A DNA stretch of 36,088 nt, from contig CAZUWK010000002.1 of the NCBI GenBank assembly GCA_964624185.1, positions 1 to 36,088 on the forward strand, in the 5' to 3' direction. The notes below the pieces were generated by a model that saw nothing but the letters and a program-made list of their open reading frames with translations, did no database searches and had not been told where the DNA came from. This document shows, piece by piece, positions 16,213-23,803 of this stretch. Position numbers and translations under genes: made by a program. Numbering within the stretch: the first letter of the stretch is position 1; each line of letters begins with the position of its first letter. The stretch is from an uncultured Gammaproteobacteria bacterium. Its GTDB lineage: Bacteria > Patescibacteriota > Microgenomatia > 0-14-0-10-38-17.

Positions 16213-16563
16213 ATGAGCGAAAATGAGGGCTTGCCTCCCAAAGTGAAAAAACCGGCTCCTCATTCCAAAGCAGGTTCGCCAGAAGATTGGGAAGCATATT
16301 TGGCTGGACTGAATATGCCTGGTGAATTACCAAGAGACCCCCGAGAGGTTGACATGAGTACCATGGCCGAATTTGGCAAAAAGAACCGTCCTCCCGATTA
16401 TGACCCCGACAACGATCTTTATATTGGGGAGACAGAAGAGTTAGTTGATGAAGATGTAACCCAGTGTGATGGTCGAATTGGTGTTAACGGAGCCCAAAAG
16501 GACCCCGGGAAATTCGAACAATTTTTAAAACAAGAAGAAAGACGAGGGAAAAAAGGGAGGTGA
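16213..16563 (+). CDS. hypothetical acidic/charged protein
   Basis: 116-aa ORF followed 4 nt later by the cupin gene. I recognise no motif in it. Confidence 0.4.
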   Translation: MSENEGLPPKVKKPAPHSKAGSPEDWEAYLAGLNMPGELPRDPREVDMSTMAEFGKKNRPPDYDPDNDLYIGETEELVDEDVTQCDGRIGVNGAQKDPGKFEQFLKQEERRGKKGR

Positions 16564-16567
16564 AAAA

Positions 16568-16957
16568 ATGATGAAATTTTATCAAGATAATATTGAGGAA
16601 GAAACTTTAGAAAACGAAGATTTTCGTCGAGTTTTATTTACTGGTGATCATTCTCAGTTGGTGGTGATGGCCATTGGCCCAGGTGAAGAAATCGGTCAAG
16701 AAGTTCACGATGCCGTTGACCAGTTCTTTCGTTTTGAGGCCGGTGAAGGCAAGGTGATTATCGATGGTGATGAGTTTGAGGTTGGTGATGGCGATGCCGT
16801 TATCGTTCCGGCCGGGGCAGAACACAACATTATTAATATCTCCCTTTCCGAAAAATTAAAGCTTTACACTATTTATTCTCCGGCCAATCATCCTGATGGC
16901 ACGGTTCACAAAACCAAGGCCGAGGCTGATAGGTACGAGGAGGAACATCACCACTAA
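16568..16957 (+). CDS. cupin-domain protein
   Basis: GEEIGQEVHDAVDQFFRFEAGEGKVIIDGDEFEVGDGDAVIVPAGAEHNIIN follows the two-motif cupin pattern G(x)5HxH...G(x)5PxG(x)2H(x)3N in relaxed form. A strong SD, GGGAGGTGA, precedes it. Confidence 0.7.
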   Translation: MMKFYQDNIEEETLENEDFRRVLFTGDHSQLVVMAIGPGEEIGQEVHDAVDQFFRFEAGEGKVIIDGDEFEVGDGDAVIVPAGAEHNIINISLSEKLKLYTIYSPANHPDGTVHKTKAEADRYEEEHHH

Positions 16958-17057
16958 GCTGGTATTTTTGTTTTGTAGCTATTTAGTCTGGTAAGAAGGT
17001 TCTTTTTGTGGTATTCTGATGTTGAATTAATTTGACAAGGGAGGTGAAAATCCAAAA

Positions 17058-17375
17058 ATGACAACAAGTAAACAAGTTAGTGATAACAAGGTAATGGCCC
17101 TTTTGAGCTATATTGGCATTTTAGTTTTAATTCCTCTTTTGACAGCCAAAGAAAATAAATTCGTCCGTTTTCATGCCAAACAAGGTTTAGTTCTTTTAGT
17201 TACCGTTATCGCTGTTAACATAATTGGCATTATTCCTCTCTTGGGTCAGCCAATTGCTTTTGTTGGTGGTTTGACCTGCCTTGTTTTGACCGTAATGGGG
17301 ATTATCAATGTTTTAAACGGAGAAGAAAAGCCACTACCCTTAATTGGTCAATTCGCCGACAAGTTTAATATTTAA
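17058..17375 (+). CDS. small membrane protein, DUF4870-like
   Basis: LLSYIGILVLIPLL...KFVRFHAKQGLVLL is followed by two more TM segments. The SD is GGGAGGTGA. Confidence 0.55.
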   Translation: MTTSKQVSDNKVMALLSYIGILVLIPLLTAKENKFVRFHAKQGLVLLVTVIAVNIIGIIPLLGQPIAFVGGLTCLVLTVMGIINVLNGEEKPLPLIGQFADKFNI

Positions 17376-17410
17376 AAGACAAAAATAAGCTTTTAAATAT
17401 TATTAGACTA

Positions 17411-17450
17411 AAAAAAGCCGCGATCCTTTTTTAGGGTTCGTGGCTTTTTT
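17411..17450. terminator. rho-independent terminator flanked by an A-tract and a T-tract (potentially bidirectional)
   Basis: The sequence reads AAAAAA GCCGCGATCC TTTTTTA GGGTTCGTGGC TTTTTT. Confidence 0.6.
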
Positions 17451-17680
17451 AATGTTAATTACCCAGCGCCACCGCCACCACCAGGAAAGCCCTCACGATC
17501 CAACTCCCGAGGAGCTGAAACTAAACAATCTTTTTTCTTCAACGGTCATTGAGCCGTCAGAGTTGATTGTTGCTTTGAACATCAACTTGGGTGATGGAGT
17601 AGGATCTAGTCTTAACCGGTGTCGGGTAAAGAAAAGCCAAAACCCTCGTTTTCAAAAAAGGCGCTTTTTGGCTAGATCTA

Positions 17681-17708
17681 TTTACTTTTAAGTTTAACCT
17701 GTTATAAT
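17681..17708 (+). promoter_or_regulatory. promoter TTTACT-N16-TGtTATAAT
   Basis: TTTACT lies at 17681-17686 and the extended -10 TGTTATAAT at 17700-17708. This implies a ~135-140 nt 5' UTR before the RRM gene. Confidence 0.5.
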
Positions 17709-17852
17709 AAGGGCTAGTTTAGTCTACCCTAAACTGTTTTTAGCCTATATCTATTTCATTATTTATTCTCGTGCCCAAACTTCGTAAAGTATCGGTTTAT
17801 TTTTTTACTTCTTCTAATATTAATATATTCCGACTCTAGGAGGTGATTAATA

Positions 17853-18110
17853 ATGGTTAAAAAATTATATGTTGGCAATCTCAGTTATACTGCTGATCGT
17901 GATCAGTTGAAAGATTTTTTCGCTGAGGCTGGTGAAGTCGTCGATAGCGTGGTAATTACCGATCGAGCCACTGGTCGTTCAAAAGGTTTTGGTTTTGTCG
18001 AATTTGCCGAAGAAGAACAAGCCCAAAAAGCGGTTTCAATGTTCAACGGTAAAGATTTCGATGGGAGAACAATTAAAGTTGATTTTGCCAAACCCCAAGA
18101 ATCAAGATAA
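17853..18110 (+). CDS. RRM-type RNA-binding protein
   Basis: RNP2 reads LYVGNL and RNP1 reads KGFGFVEF. The protein is 85 aa with a strong SD, TAGGAGGTGA. Confidence 0.85.
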   Translation: MVKKLYVGNLSYTADRDQLKDFFAEAGEVVDSVVITDRATGRSKGFGFVEFAEEEQAQKAVSMFNGKDFDGRTIKVDFAKPQESR

Positions 18111-18144
18111 TCTGCTGTTAAAGGCAGAAACTATCTGTTAAATT

Positions 18145-18176
18145 AGCGCTCAAAAATTGTTTTTGGGCGCTTTTTT
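18145..18176 (+). terminator. rho-independent terminator
   Basis: The sequence reads AGCGCTCAAAAA TTG TTTTTGGGCGCT followed by TTTTT. Confidence 0.7.
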
Positions 18177-18378
18177 AATTTTGGAAAATATTTTTTTATA
18201 TCATCTTTTTGCTCCCTTTCGATTTGGGGAGTATCGCCTATGCTAGACGGATCCTTTTCTTTCTAAACAATTATCTTTTCTAAAAAGGTAATTGGGACTT
18301 GCAATGATTAATTTTTTTTGTTTTACTTAAGGTAAGGATATAGATTAAGGGGGTGAAGAATTTTTTCAAAAAAGAATT

Positions 18379-18579
18379 ATGATGGCAAATGAACTGTTTT
18401 ACTATTCTGGGGCCGCTTTTTTTATTTTGCTAACCCTGCTAATTCTTGTTATTGGCATCAAACTAATAGTAGCCTTGGTGACTTTTAAAAGAGCGGTCAG
18501 ATCTTGGCGTCGATTTATCGATGAGACCGGCACCGGTATAAAAGCTAAGCTATTAGAATTGTTTTTAAGATTTTTTTAG
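18379..18579 (+). CDS. small single-TM protein, unknown function
   Basis: 66-aa ORF with a hydrophobic core (AAFFILLTLLILVIGIKLIVALV). It lies directly upstream of the YtxH-like gene. Confidence 0.35.
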   Translation: MMANELFYYSGAAFFILLTLLILVIGIKLIVALVTFKRAVRSWRRFIDETGTGIKAKLLELFLRFF

Positions 18580-18590
18580 GAGGTGAAAAT

Positions 18591-18845
18591 ATGACTGACA
18601 ACAATCGTCGTGATGGTGGTGGTTTTTTAGCGGCGACGTTAATAGGAGCCCTGTGTGGAGCGGCAGCGGTATTTTTTTTAAACGAAGATACTCGAGAAAA
18701 GGCCCGAAAAAAAATTAACCAAGCCGTTAGTAGTGGTGAAGATGAAGTTGCCCGCCTTAAAAGGGAAGTTATTAAGCTAAAGGCTGATTTAAAGAAAAGA
18801 GCCGCCCAGAACTTAAAAAAGGCCAACCAAAAACTTTCTTCTTAA
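18591..18845 (+). CDS. YtxH-like general-stress-type small protein
   Basis: The SD AGGAGGTGA precedes it. A glycine-rich TM segment (GGFLAATLIGALCGAAAVFFL) is followed by a charged helical tail, which is the YtxH layout. Confidence 0.5.
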   Translation: MTDNNRRDGGGFLAATLIGALCGAAAVFFLNEDTREKARKKINQAVSSGEDEVARLKREVIKLKADLKKRAAQNLKKANQKLSS

Positions 18846-18907
18846 ATAAAAAGCTAACAAATAGCACCCCCGCCCCGGAGGGCGAGGGTAAAAAATAGGG
18901 CGCCGGT

Positions 18908-19318
18908 TTATTTTTTATTGGCGACCTTAATCTTTTGTGGTTTAGCTTCCGGAGCCTTGGGGATGGTAACAGTTACCACTCCGTTTTCAACGTCGGCTCG
19001 AGCTTTTTCCGACAGGATCGGGCAAGGAACAGAAGTAGTGTAAAGATATTTTGCCATTCGGCCTTCTCGGTAAACGACTTTTTTGGCCTTTTTTTCTTCG
19101 TTACTTTCTTCGTGTTCAGCTCGAATTGTTACCACGCCTCGATCAATAGAAATGTCGACCTCATCGGCAGGAACACCGGCAACATTAGCTTGAACAACGA
19201 AGTTGTCTTCGGTTTCATAGGAAGTTAAGCTGCCATCTTCGGCAAACCATCCCTCTTCATCACCCAAGAAAGGTCGTAGGAAATTTTTTGTCCAAGGATC
19301 AACTTTGACAATAGCCAT
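18908..19318 (-). CDS. hsp20: small heat-shock protein, Hsp20/alpha-crystallin family
   Basis: The pattern is FVVQANVAGVPADEVDISIDRGVVTIRAEHEE...REGRMAKYLYTTSVP...ADVENGVVTVTIPK. ATG 19318 follows GGAGGTGAG; the track start at 19327 is a GTG inside that SD. Confidence 0.85.
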   Translation of the reverse strand: MAIVKVDPWTKNFLRPFLGDEEGWFAEDGSLTSYETEDNFVVQANVAGVPADEVDISIDRGVVTIRAEHEESNEEKKAKKVVYREGRMAKYLYTTSVPCPILSEKARADVENGVVTVTIPKAPEAKPQKIKVANKK

Positions 19319-19401
19319 TTTTCTCACCTCCTTTTTGATATTTATTGACTTTACTATTAGCAGAGTATCACATTGACTGCCAGAATGTCAAGACTAATTT
19401 G

Positions 19402-19410
19402 TGATATAAT
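19402..19410 (+). promoter_or_regulatory. extended -10 element TGATATAAT
   Basis: TATAAT lies at 19405-19410. It is followed by the SD TAGGAGA (19422-19428) and ATG 19433. It falls inside the 5' end of the over-long track ORF 19373-19993. Confidence 0.5.
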
Positions 19411-19432
19411 GTTCTTATTGATAGGAGAATTG

Positions 19433-19993
19433 ATGGTTATGGGCGAAGATAGCTTGGGAACCTTAAAAGTTGGCGATAAGATTATAGATTTTGGTCGAGT
19501 TTATCGGGTTTTTAAGATTAGCCAAATTACAACTTCCCAAGGAAAAACACGACTAATTTATTTTCGCCCCTTCTATCGGAAGAACAATAACCAAGATTTA
19601 GTCTGTACTATTCCGGAAGACAACTTGTCAGAAACCAATATCCGCCGACCGCTGTCTAAAAAGGCAATTAGGGAGGGTTTGGCTAAATTTTCTCTCTTCT
19701 CTGCCCCTTCCGGCTTAATTAATTTTGATCAGACTAGAAAGATTACCTCAATGAATGATTTTTTTGCCATGGTTGATCTGGCCAAAGACCTCTATTATTC
19801 CCGGAAAGGAGAAAACAAAGAGTTTACTGTTAGCCAAAAAAGGGTTTTTAATTCTTTGGTTGGTCGAGTTTCTGAAGAGGCGGCCTTTGTGTTAGCTCAA
19901 AAACCTGATCAGGTTAAAAAAAAGATCGATCTTCTTCTTAGGCGGGGCCTAAAAAACAAACCCGACCAAAAAGGCGTTTTGAAAAATAATTGA
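19433..19993 (+). CDS. CarD/CdnL-like RNA-polymerase-binding regulator
   Basis: LKVGDKIIDFGRVYRVFKI...RLIYFRPFY...LVCTIPEDNLSETNIRRPLSKKAIREGL resembles the CarD_CdnL_TRCF N-terminal domain pattern (KVGD..V....G.G.I......Y......L.VPV.....G.R...S). I moved the start to 19433 because of the promoter and SD upstream. Confidence 0.5.
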   Translation: MVMGEDSLGTLKVGDKIIDFGRVYRVFKISQITTSQGKTRLIYFRPFYRKNNNQDLVCTIPEDNLSETNIRRPLSKKAIREGLAKFSLFSAPSGLINFDQTRKITSMNDFFAMVDLAKDLYYSRKGENKEFTVSQKRVFNSLVGRVSEEAAFVLAQKPDQVKKKIDLLLRRGLKNKPDQKGVLKNN

Positions 19994-20006
19994 CTATTTT
20001 TCAACG

Positions 20007-20341
20007 ATGAATAAACTTCAACGGCTAGCCTTATTTTTGAGTTGTTCTGGTCAGCCCGATTATCGCCTGACTCAAATCATCAGAGGTATCTTTGTTCAGA
20101 AAGAAATTGATTTTGCCAAAATGTTTTTTTGCCCCAACAGCTAAGAGAGAAGCCGGAAGAAGAGTTTGGCTCTTGGTTGCCAATTGCTTTTTTCCATTTT
20201 GAAGAGGAAGGGGTAGATGCGGTTTCTTTTATGGGTATGGGAGAGCCCCTGCTAAACGACAATTTATTTCCGGCCCTAGGGGTGGGTGACCAAGCACCGT
20301 TCTCTAGGTTTGTCTTTTCGGGGTATTTGCGGGTCAGTTAA
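20007..20341 (+). pseudogene. rlmN: rlmN (radical-SAM 23S rRNA/tRNA A2503 methyltransferase) remnant
   Basis: From ATG 20007 the sequence reads MNKLQRLALFLSCSGQPDYRLTQIIRGIFVQKEIDFAKM, which is the RlmN N-terminal pattern. The frame shifts in the T7 run at 20124-20130 to PQQLREKPEEEFG...AVSFMGMGEPLLN. The CxxxCxxC radical-SAM motif and the C-terminal ~170 aa are missing. Confidence 0.6.
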
Positions 20342-20380
20342 GCCCAGGCTGTTTCCCCCCTTTTGGGCTATTTTTTAGTG

Positions 20381-20389
20381 TGTTACAAT
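20381..20389 (+). promoter_or_regulatory. extended -10 element TGTTACAAT, 9 nt upstream of ATG (leaderless configuration)
   Basis: TACAAT lies at 20384-20389 and the ATG at 20399. There is no SD. Confidence 0.45.
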
Positions 20390-20398
20390 CGAGATTGA

Positions 20399-20839
20399 AT
20401 GTTAAAAGAAAACGGTACCTTAATTGCCCTTTTTATTTTGGTTTTTATTATTTTAGGTCTTTTTTGGTGGTTTGATCGTCAGGGTCAGAGTTTGGCTCCG
20501 ACACTACTAACATCAACACCATCACCGGCTCCAGAAAATGGAATCGACGAGACAGCCATAAAAAACGCCCTATTAAAAAATTATAACCAATCTCAAGATC
20601 GGATTAATTTGCTGGTTTTGGAAGCTCAGGGCCGTTTTGCTCAAGGGATAGTCAGTTTTTTTCCTGATGAGCGGGTTTGGTTGTGGTTGGCTTATCGGGA
20701 AGACAATCAACAAGACTGGCTTTTAGTTCATGATGGCCAAGGTTTGCCAATTTGTCAAAAGTTGGCCGAAATTAGCTTTCCGGCCTCTTTAGCCAGCCAG
20801 TGTTGGGATCAAGACGCGGGAATAATCGTTAACCGTTAA
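20399..20839 (+). CDS. membrane-anchored hypothetical protein
   Basis: 146-aa ORF with an N-terminal TM segment (LIALFILVFIILGLFWWF). I recognise no domain. Confidence 0.4.
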   Translation: MLKENGTLIALFILVFIILGLFWWFDRQGQSLAPTLLTSTPSPAPENGIDETAIKNALLKNYNQSQDRINLLVLEAQGRFAQGIVSFFPDERVWLWLAYREDNQQDWLLVHDGQGLPICQKLAEISFPASLASQCWDQDAGIIVNR

Positions 20840-21144
20840 CTTCTCGTTTTGACCTTCTCTTTATATTCCTTGATTTGTTTTATGGCCTGATCTCTAATTG
20901 CGGTCAAGGTTTTTAGCAGGTTTTGATCTTGACTTTTGGCAAAGATATTTTTTTGGGGAAGAGCAATTTTTAAGCTGGCGCTAAAACCCCAGCGCGGCCC
21001 CTTGGTTATTTTTAACCAGGCTACTTTTAAACCCTGGTCGAAGTTTTTAAGATGTTTATCAATTTTTTGACCGACATGCTTTTCGGCCAAATCTTTGATT
21101 TTTTGGCTAATCGGCAAATTGTCACCGCTAATGATTAGTTTCAT
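20836..21144 (-). CDS. hpf: ribosome hibernation factor (short HPF/RaiA, S30AE family)
   Basis: 102 aa. The pattern is MKLIISGDNLPISQKIKDLAEKHVGQKIDKHL...ASLKIALPQKNIFAKSQDQNLLKTLTAIRDQAIKQIKEYKEK. Confidence 0.7.
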   Translation of the reverse strand: MKLIISGDNLPISQKIKDLAEKHVGQKIDKHLKNFDQGLKVAWLKITKGPRWGFSASLKIALPQKNIFAKSQDQNLLKTLTAIRDQAIKQIKEYKEKVKTRS

Positions 21145-21145
21145 A

Positions 21146-22324
21146 TTAATATCTTTTTAAGGCGGCCACTTCAGGAAAAGAGTTTTGGCTGTTGTGATCT
21201 AAAATAATGATGTCGCCGCCAGCCGCCAAGACCCCATGAACAAGCCAGGGGGCAATATTGTTGACTAGCCGAGAGCTTTTAACAGGGTAATTATAAATTT
21301 GATTATCAGGGGTAACATAACCCTTCTTATTGATAACGGGCTTGATAAAAAGTTTTTGAATTCGGCCTTCGTTGGCGGCGGTTAAAATTTCTTGCCAAGT
21401 CTCCAAATAGCGATCAAACCTTTCTTGGGCTTCTTTTAGTTGTTTTTTGATTGTTTTCTTTTTGTGTTGGTCTGTTTTTTTAACCACCAGCTCTTCTAGC
21501 TGTTTCTGGTCGGTAATATTTTTATCAATTAAAATCGTTTTGGTTTTGGGAAAAAAGGCGGCCATTTCTTTAGGAAAATTGGTGTTTAGTTTAACGAAAT
21601 TTGTTGACCAGTTGATGATTAAGTAGTCAAAAGACTCGGCCAGATTAACTTGGTTTTTAACAAAGGTTTGCAGTTTTTTTAAAAATAATTTATTTTCTTC
21701 TTTTTCTCTTTTGGTGATGCTATCTTCGCCGGTACCGTGAAAGATCCCTTGGAAATTGATCGGTGAAAATTGTTCTAGGTATTCTTTTTCTTCATTGCTG
21801 GCAAAAGGATTTTGCTGGTTAGCCACAGGGAAAAGACGACGATCATCATAAAGGTAAATATTGGCCTCCTTTTGATTAATTTGAAAAACTAAGCCGTCGA
21901 TTCCCCTATCGGCCAGCCAAACCAACTGGTCCAGGTCAAAGTTGGTGCCTAAAAAAATTTCTTTTTGGGGGACTCTTTCTAAGGGGATAAAAATAAAATT
22001 CTCCTCGGTGATTAGTGAAGCTTCCCTATTATTTTCGGCTTTGGGGTTAAATCTAACAAAAAAAGATAATCCTTGGGGCAAAGATTCTAGGCGGTCGATT
22101 GTTTGGCTGATTTGATTGGCAATCGTTTTCCCGCTTGGAATTAGATTTTCTTTTCTATTTTTCTTTAATGTAGTTAAAACAAAAGACCTAAGTTCTTTTT
22201 TAAGTCGCTCTTTAGGCTGGTTTTGATTGGGGAAATAAACGGTTAAAAAACGGTGGTCGGGGTTTACTTTAACGTCTTGCTCTTTTTTGGCCAGAATATT
22301 TAAATACTGGTCGTAGGCAACCAT
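21146..22324 (-). CDS. eRF1/Pelota-like (bacterial archaeo-eukaryotic release-factor-like, baeRF) protein
   Basis: 392 aa. The C-terminal third resembles eRF1/Pelota domain 3: AANEGRIQKLFI is comparable to A...GAVE.LLV, and the terminal GGDIIILDHNS...EVAALKRY is comparable to G..V.......G...GIGA.LRY. Its stop lies 1 nt from the hpf start. Confidence 0.45.
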   Translation of the reverse strand: MVAYDQYLNILAKKEQDVKVNPDHRFLTVYFPNQNQPKERLKKELRSFVLTTLKKNRKENLIPSGKTIANQISQTIDRLESLPQGLSFFVRFNPKAENNREASLITEENFIFIPLERVPQKEIFLGTNFDLDQLVWLADRGIDGLVFQINQKEANIYLYDDRRLFPVANQQNPFASNEEKEYLEQFSPINFQGIFHGTGEDSITKREKEENKLFLKKLQTFVKNQVNLAESFDYLIINWSTNFVKLNTNFPKEMAAFFPKTKTILIDKNITDQKQLEELVVKKTDQHKKKTIKKQLKEAQERFDRYLETWQEILTAANEGRIQKLFIKPVINKKGYVTPDNQIYNYPVKSSRLVNNIAPWLVHGVLAAGGDIIILDHNSQNSFPEVAALKRY

Positions 22325-22332
22325 ATAAGTTT

Positions 22333-22341
22333 ATTATAACA
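22333..22341 (-). promoter_or_regulatory. extended -10 element TGTTATAAT (minus strand), 8 nt upstream of ATG 22324
   Basis: The plus strand reads ATTATAACA at 22333-22341. There is no SD before the start codon. Confidence 0.5.
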
Positions 22342-22371
22342 GGAGAAAAAATTTCTCTCAAGAGTAGATGA

Positions 22372-22977
22372 TTATCTGATTATTGTTTGCCCCTGGCGTA
22401 AAATTTTGGGTTTTTTTCTCGTAATATCAACTAAAGTTGAGGGAGGGTTAGGAGGAAGCACTCCCTGGTCGATAATCAAGTCAATTAAGTCTTGATTGGC
22501 CTGATTTAAAACCTCATCAACGGAGTAAGGGCTAGACAAACCGGAAACATTGGCGGAAGTGGAAGTTAAAGGTTTATTTAGTTTTTTAATTAAGGCCAAA
22601 ATAAGCTGATGATCAGGAACCCTAACACCTAAAGTTCCTAAAGAAGATTCAATTCTAGGGTCAACCAACCTTCGACCGGGGACTACAATTGATATTGGTC
22701 CGGGTAAATACTGATTAAAAATCTTTTGGGCCAGGCGGTTAAGATGGCCATATTTTTGAGCCATGGCCTGATCGGCAACAGCCACTAAAACCGGCTTATG
22801 ACCGCGTTCCTGCTTGTACTGCCAGAGCTTATCGACGGCCCTTTTACTGGTGGCATCAACTCCGACGCCATAACAAGTTTCAGTCGGATAGACAATTAAC
22901 CCTCCCCTCTTGAGGATCTCGACCGCCTGGAGGATAATTTCTTCTTGGTTTTTTTGATCAACTCTAACAATTTCCAT
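22372..22977 (-). CDS. tsaC: L-threonylcarbamoyladenylate synthase (TsaC/YwlC/Sua5 YrdC domain)
   Basis: ILKRGGLIVYPTETCYGVGVDATS...KPVLVAV...YLPGPISIVVP...LGVRVPDHQLILALI..LNKPLTSTSANVSG matches the family. ATG 22977 (MEIVRV) is preferred over the TTG at 22986. Confidence 0.8.
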   Translation of the reverse strand: MEIVRVDQKNQEEIILQAVEILKRGGLIVYPTETCYGVGVDATSKRAVDKLWQYKQERGHKPVLVAVADQAMAQKYGHLNRLAQKIFNQYLPGPISIVVPGRRLVDPRIESSLGTLGVRVPDHQLILALIKKLNKPLTSTSANVSGLSSPYSVDEVLNQANQDLIDLIIDQGVLPPNPPSTLVDITRKKPKILRQGQTIIR

Positions 22978-23002
22978 AAAAAACAAATTAAATTGCTTTA
23001 CC

Positions 23003-23037
23003 TGTGCCTATGCAAGGCCTGGCCTTGCATAGGCACA
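23003..23037. repeat. REP-like perfect palindrome TGTGCCTATGCAAGGCC-T-GGCCTTGCATAGGCACA
   Basis: 17-bp arms with a 1-nt centre, read directly from the sequence. Confidence 0.9.
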
Positions 23038-23064
23038 AGAACCTTAATTTAGGAATAAAAAATT

Positions 23065-23787
23065 TTATTCTAGTGTTAGCCCCTTAATATCATCAATAAC
23101 AATATCGCCAAGAACAAACGATTGGTAAGATAGGCTTTTATTATTTTTAGAAAAATAATGGGAGATAGTTTTGGTGTTTATCCATTTTGTTTTTCGCAAG
23201 CCGTTATATTCCGGAAAAGAGCAAGGACAAACCTCTTGCCACCCTACAATCTGTTTATTATTTTTTTCGTGCCTATGCAAGGCCTGGCCTTGCATAGGCA
23301 CAGATTTAATACCTTGAGCGTGAATATATTGAGAAAGAAGAAGTAGTTGTTCGTCAGTTTTGACTCTAGCAGCGCAATAAACGCCCTGATAAAGAGGGCC
23401 AACCCTTTCATATTTATAATTAAAATATATCGAATAGCGAGTTGAAAATGAATTCATAAAATTATCAATGGAGTTAGCCCCCCTCTGTTTTACCAGAAAA
23501 TGAAAATGGTTGGGTTTAAGACAATATGCCAGCAGAGTTATTTCTTTAAAAAAATTATTTAATCTTAATTGTTTATAAATTTTATCTCTTTCTTTTTGGT
23601 CAATTTTTTCTTCTAGTCTTAGCAGAAGAGAAGTTTCGTCCTTTTCAGTCAAGTATTCTTTTAGGTAGGTAAGAAAAACAGCGTAGTCTTGTTTATCAAG
23701 AAAAATTTTTCTTTTTTCTACTCCTCGATTATAGATATGGTAATAGCTTTGGGGCAAATATTGTTTTCTAGCGTTTTTGGCAGGCAT
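23065..23787 (-). CDS. REP-associated tyrosine transposase (RAYT) / IS200-like HUH Y1 transposase family
   Basis: YHIYNRGVEKRKIF.D..DY..FL matches the N-terminal pattern. CLKPNHFHFLV carries the HUH motif (HFH). The remaining motifs are YFNYKYERVGPLYQGVY and QYIHAQ, a YIH.N-type catalytic-Tyr helix. Confidence 0.7.
   Translation of the reverse strand: MPAKNARKQYLPQSYYHIYNRGVEKRKIFLDKQDYAVFLTYLKEYLTEKDETSLLLRLEEKIDQKERDKIYKQLRLNNFFKEITLLAYCLKPNHFHFLVKQRGANSIDNFMNSFSTRYSIYFNYKYERVGPLYQGVYCAARVKTDEQLLLLSQYIHAQGIKSVPMQGQALHRHEKNNKQIVGWQEVCPCSFPEYNGLRKTKWINTKTISHYFSKNNKSLSYQSFVLGDIVIDDIKGLTLE
23269..23301. repeat. REP-like palindrome copy inside the RAYT coding sequence
   Basis: GTGCCTATGCAAGGCC-T-GGCCTTGCATAGGCAC is translated on the minus strand as VPMQGQALHRH, in frame. 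Confidence 0.9.
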
Positions 23788-23803
23788 GAGGATTTTGGCC
23801 TTT

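Noticed and set aside
17440-17691. An 83-codon plus-strand ORF, and a 31-codon minus-strand ORF (MFKATINSDGSMTVEEKRLF...) with an EF-hand-like loop.
   Set aside because: The plus-strand ORF starts inside the terminator stem and has no SD. The minus-strand peptide is too short and lacks a start context. At most it may be another eroded remnant.
19357-19383. A CIRCE-like element (TTAGCAGAG-N9-GACTGCCAG) upstream of hsp20.
   Set aside because: Each half matches the TTAGCACTC/GAGTGCTAA consensus at only 6 of 9 positions, and the halves are poorly self-complementary (about 5 of 9). The same DNA is better explained by the divergent promoter of the CarD-like gene.
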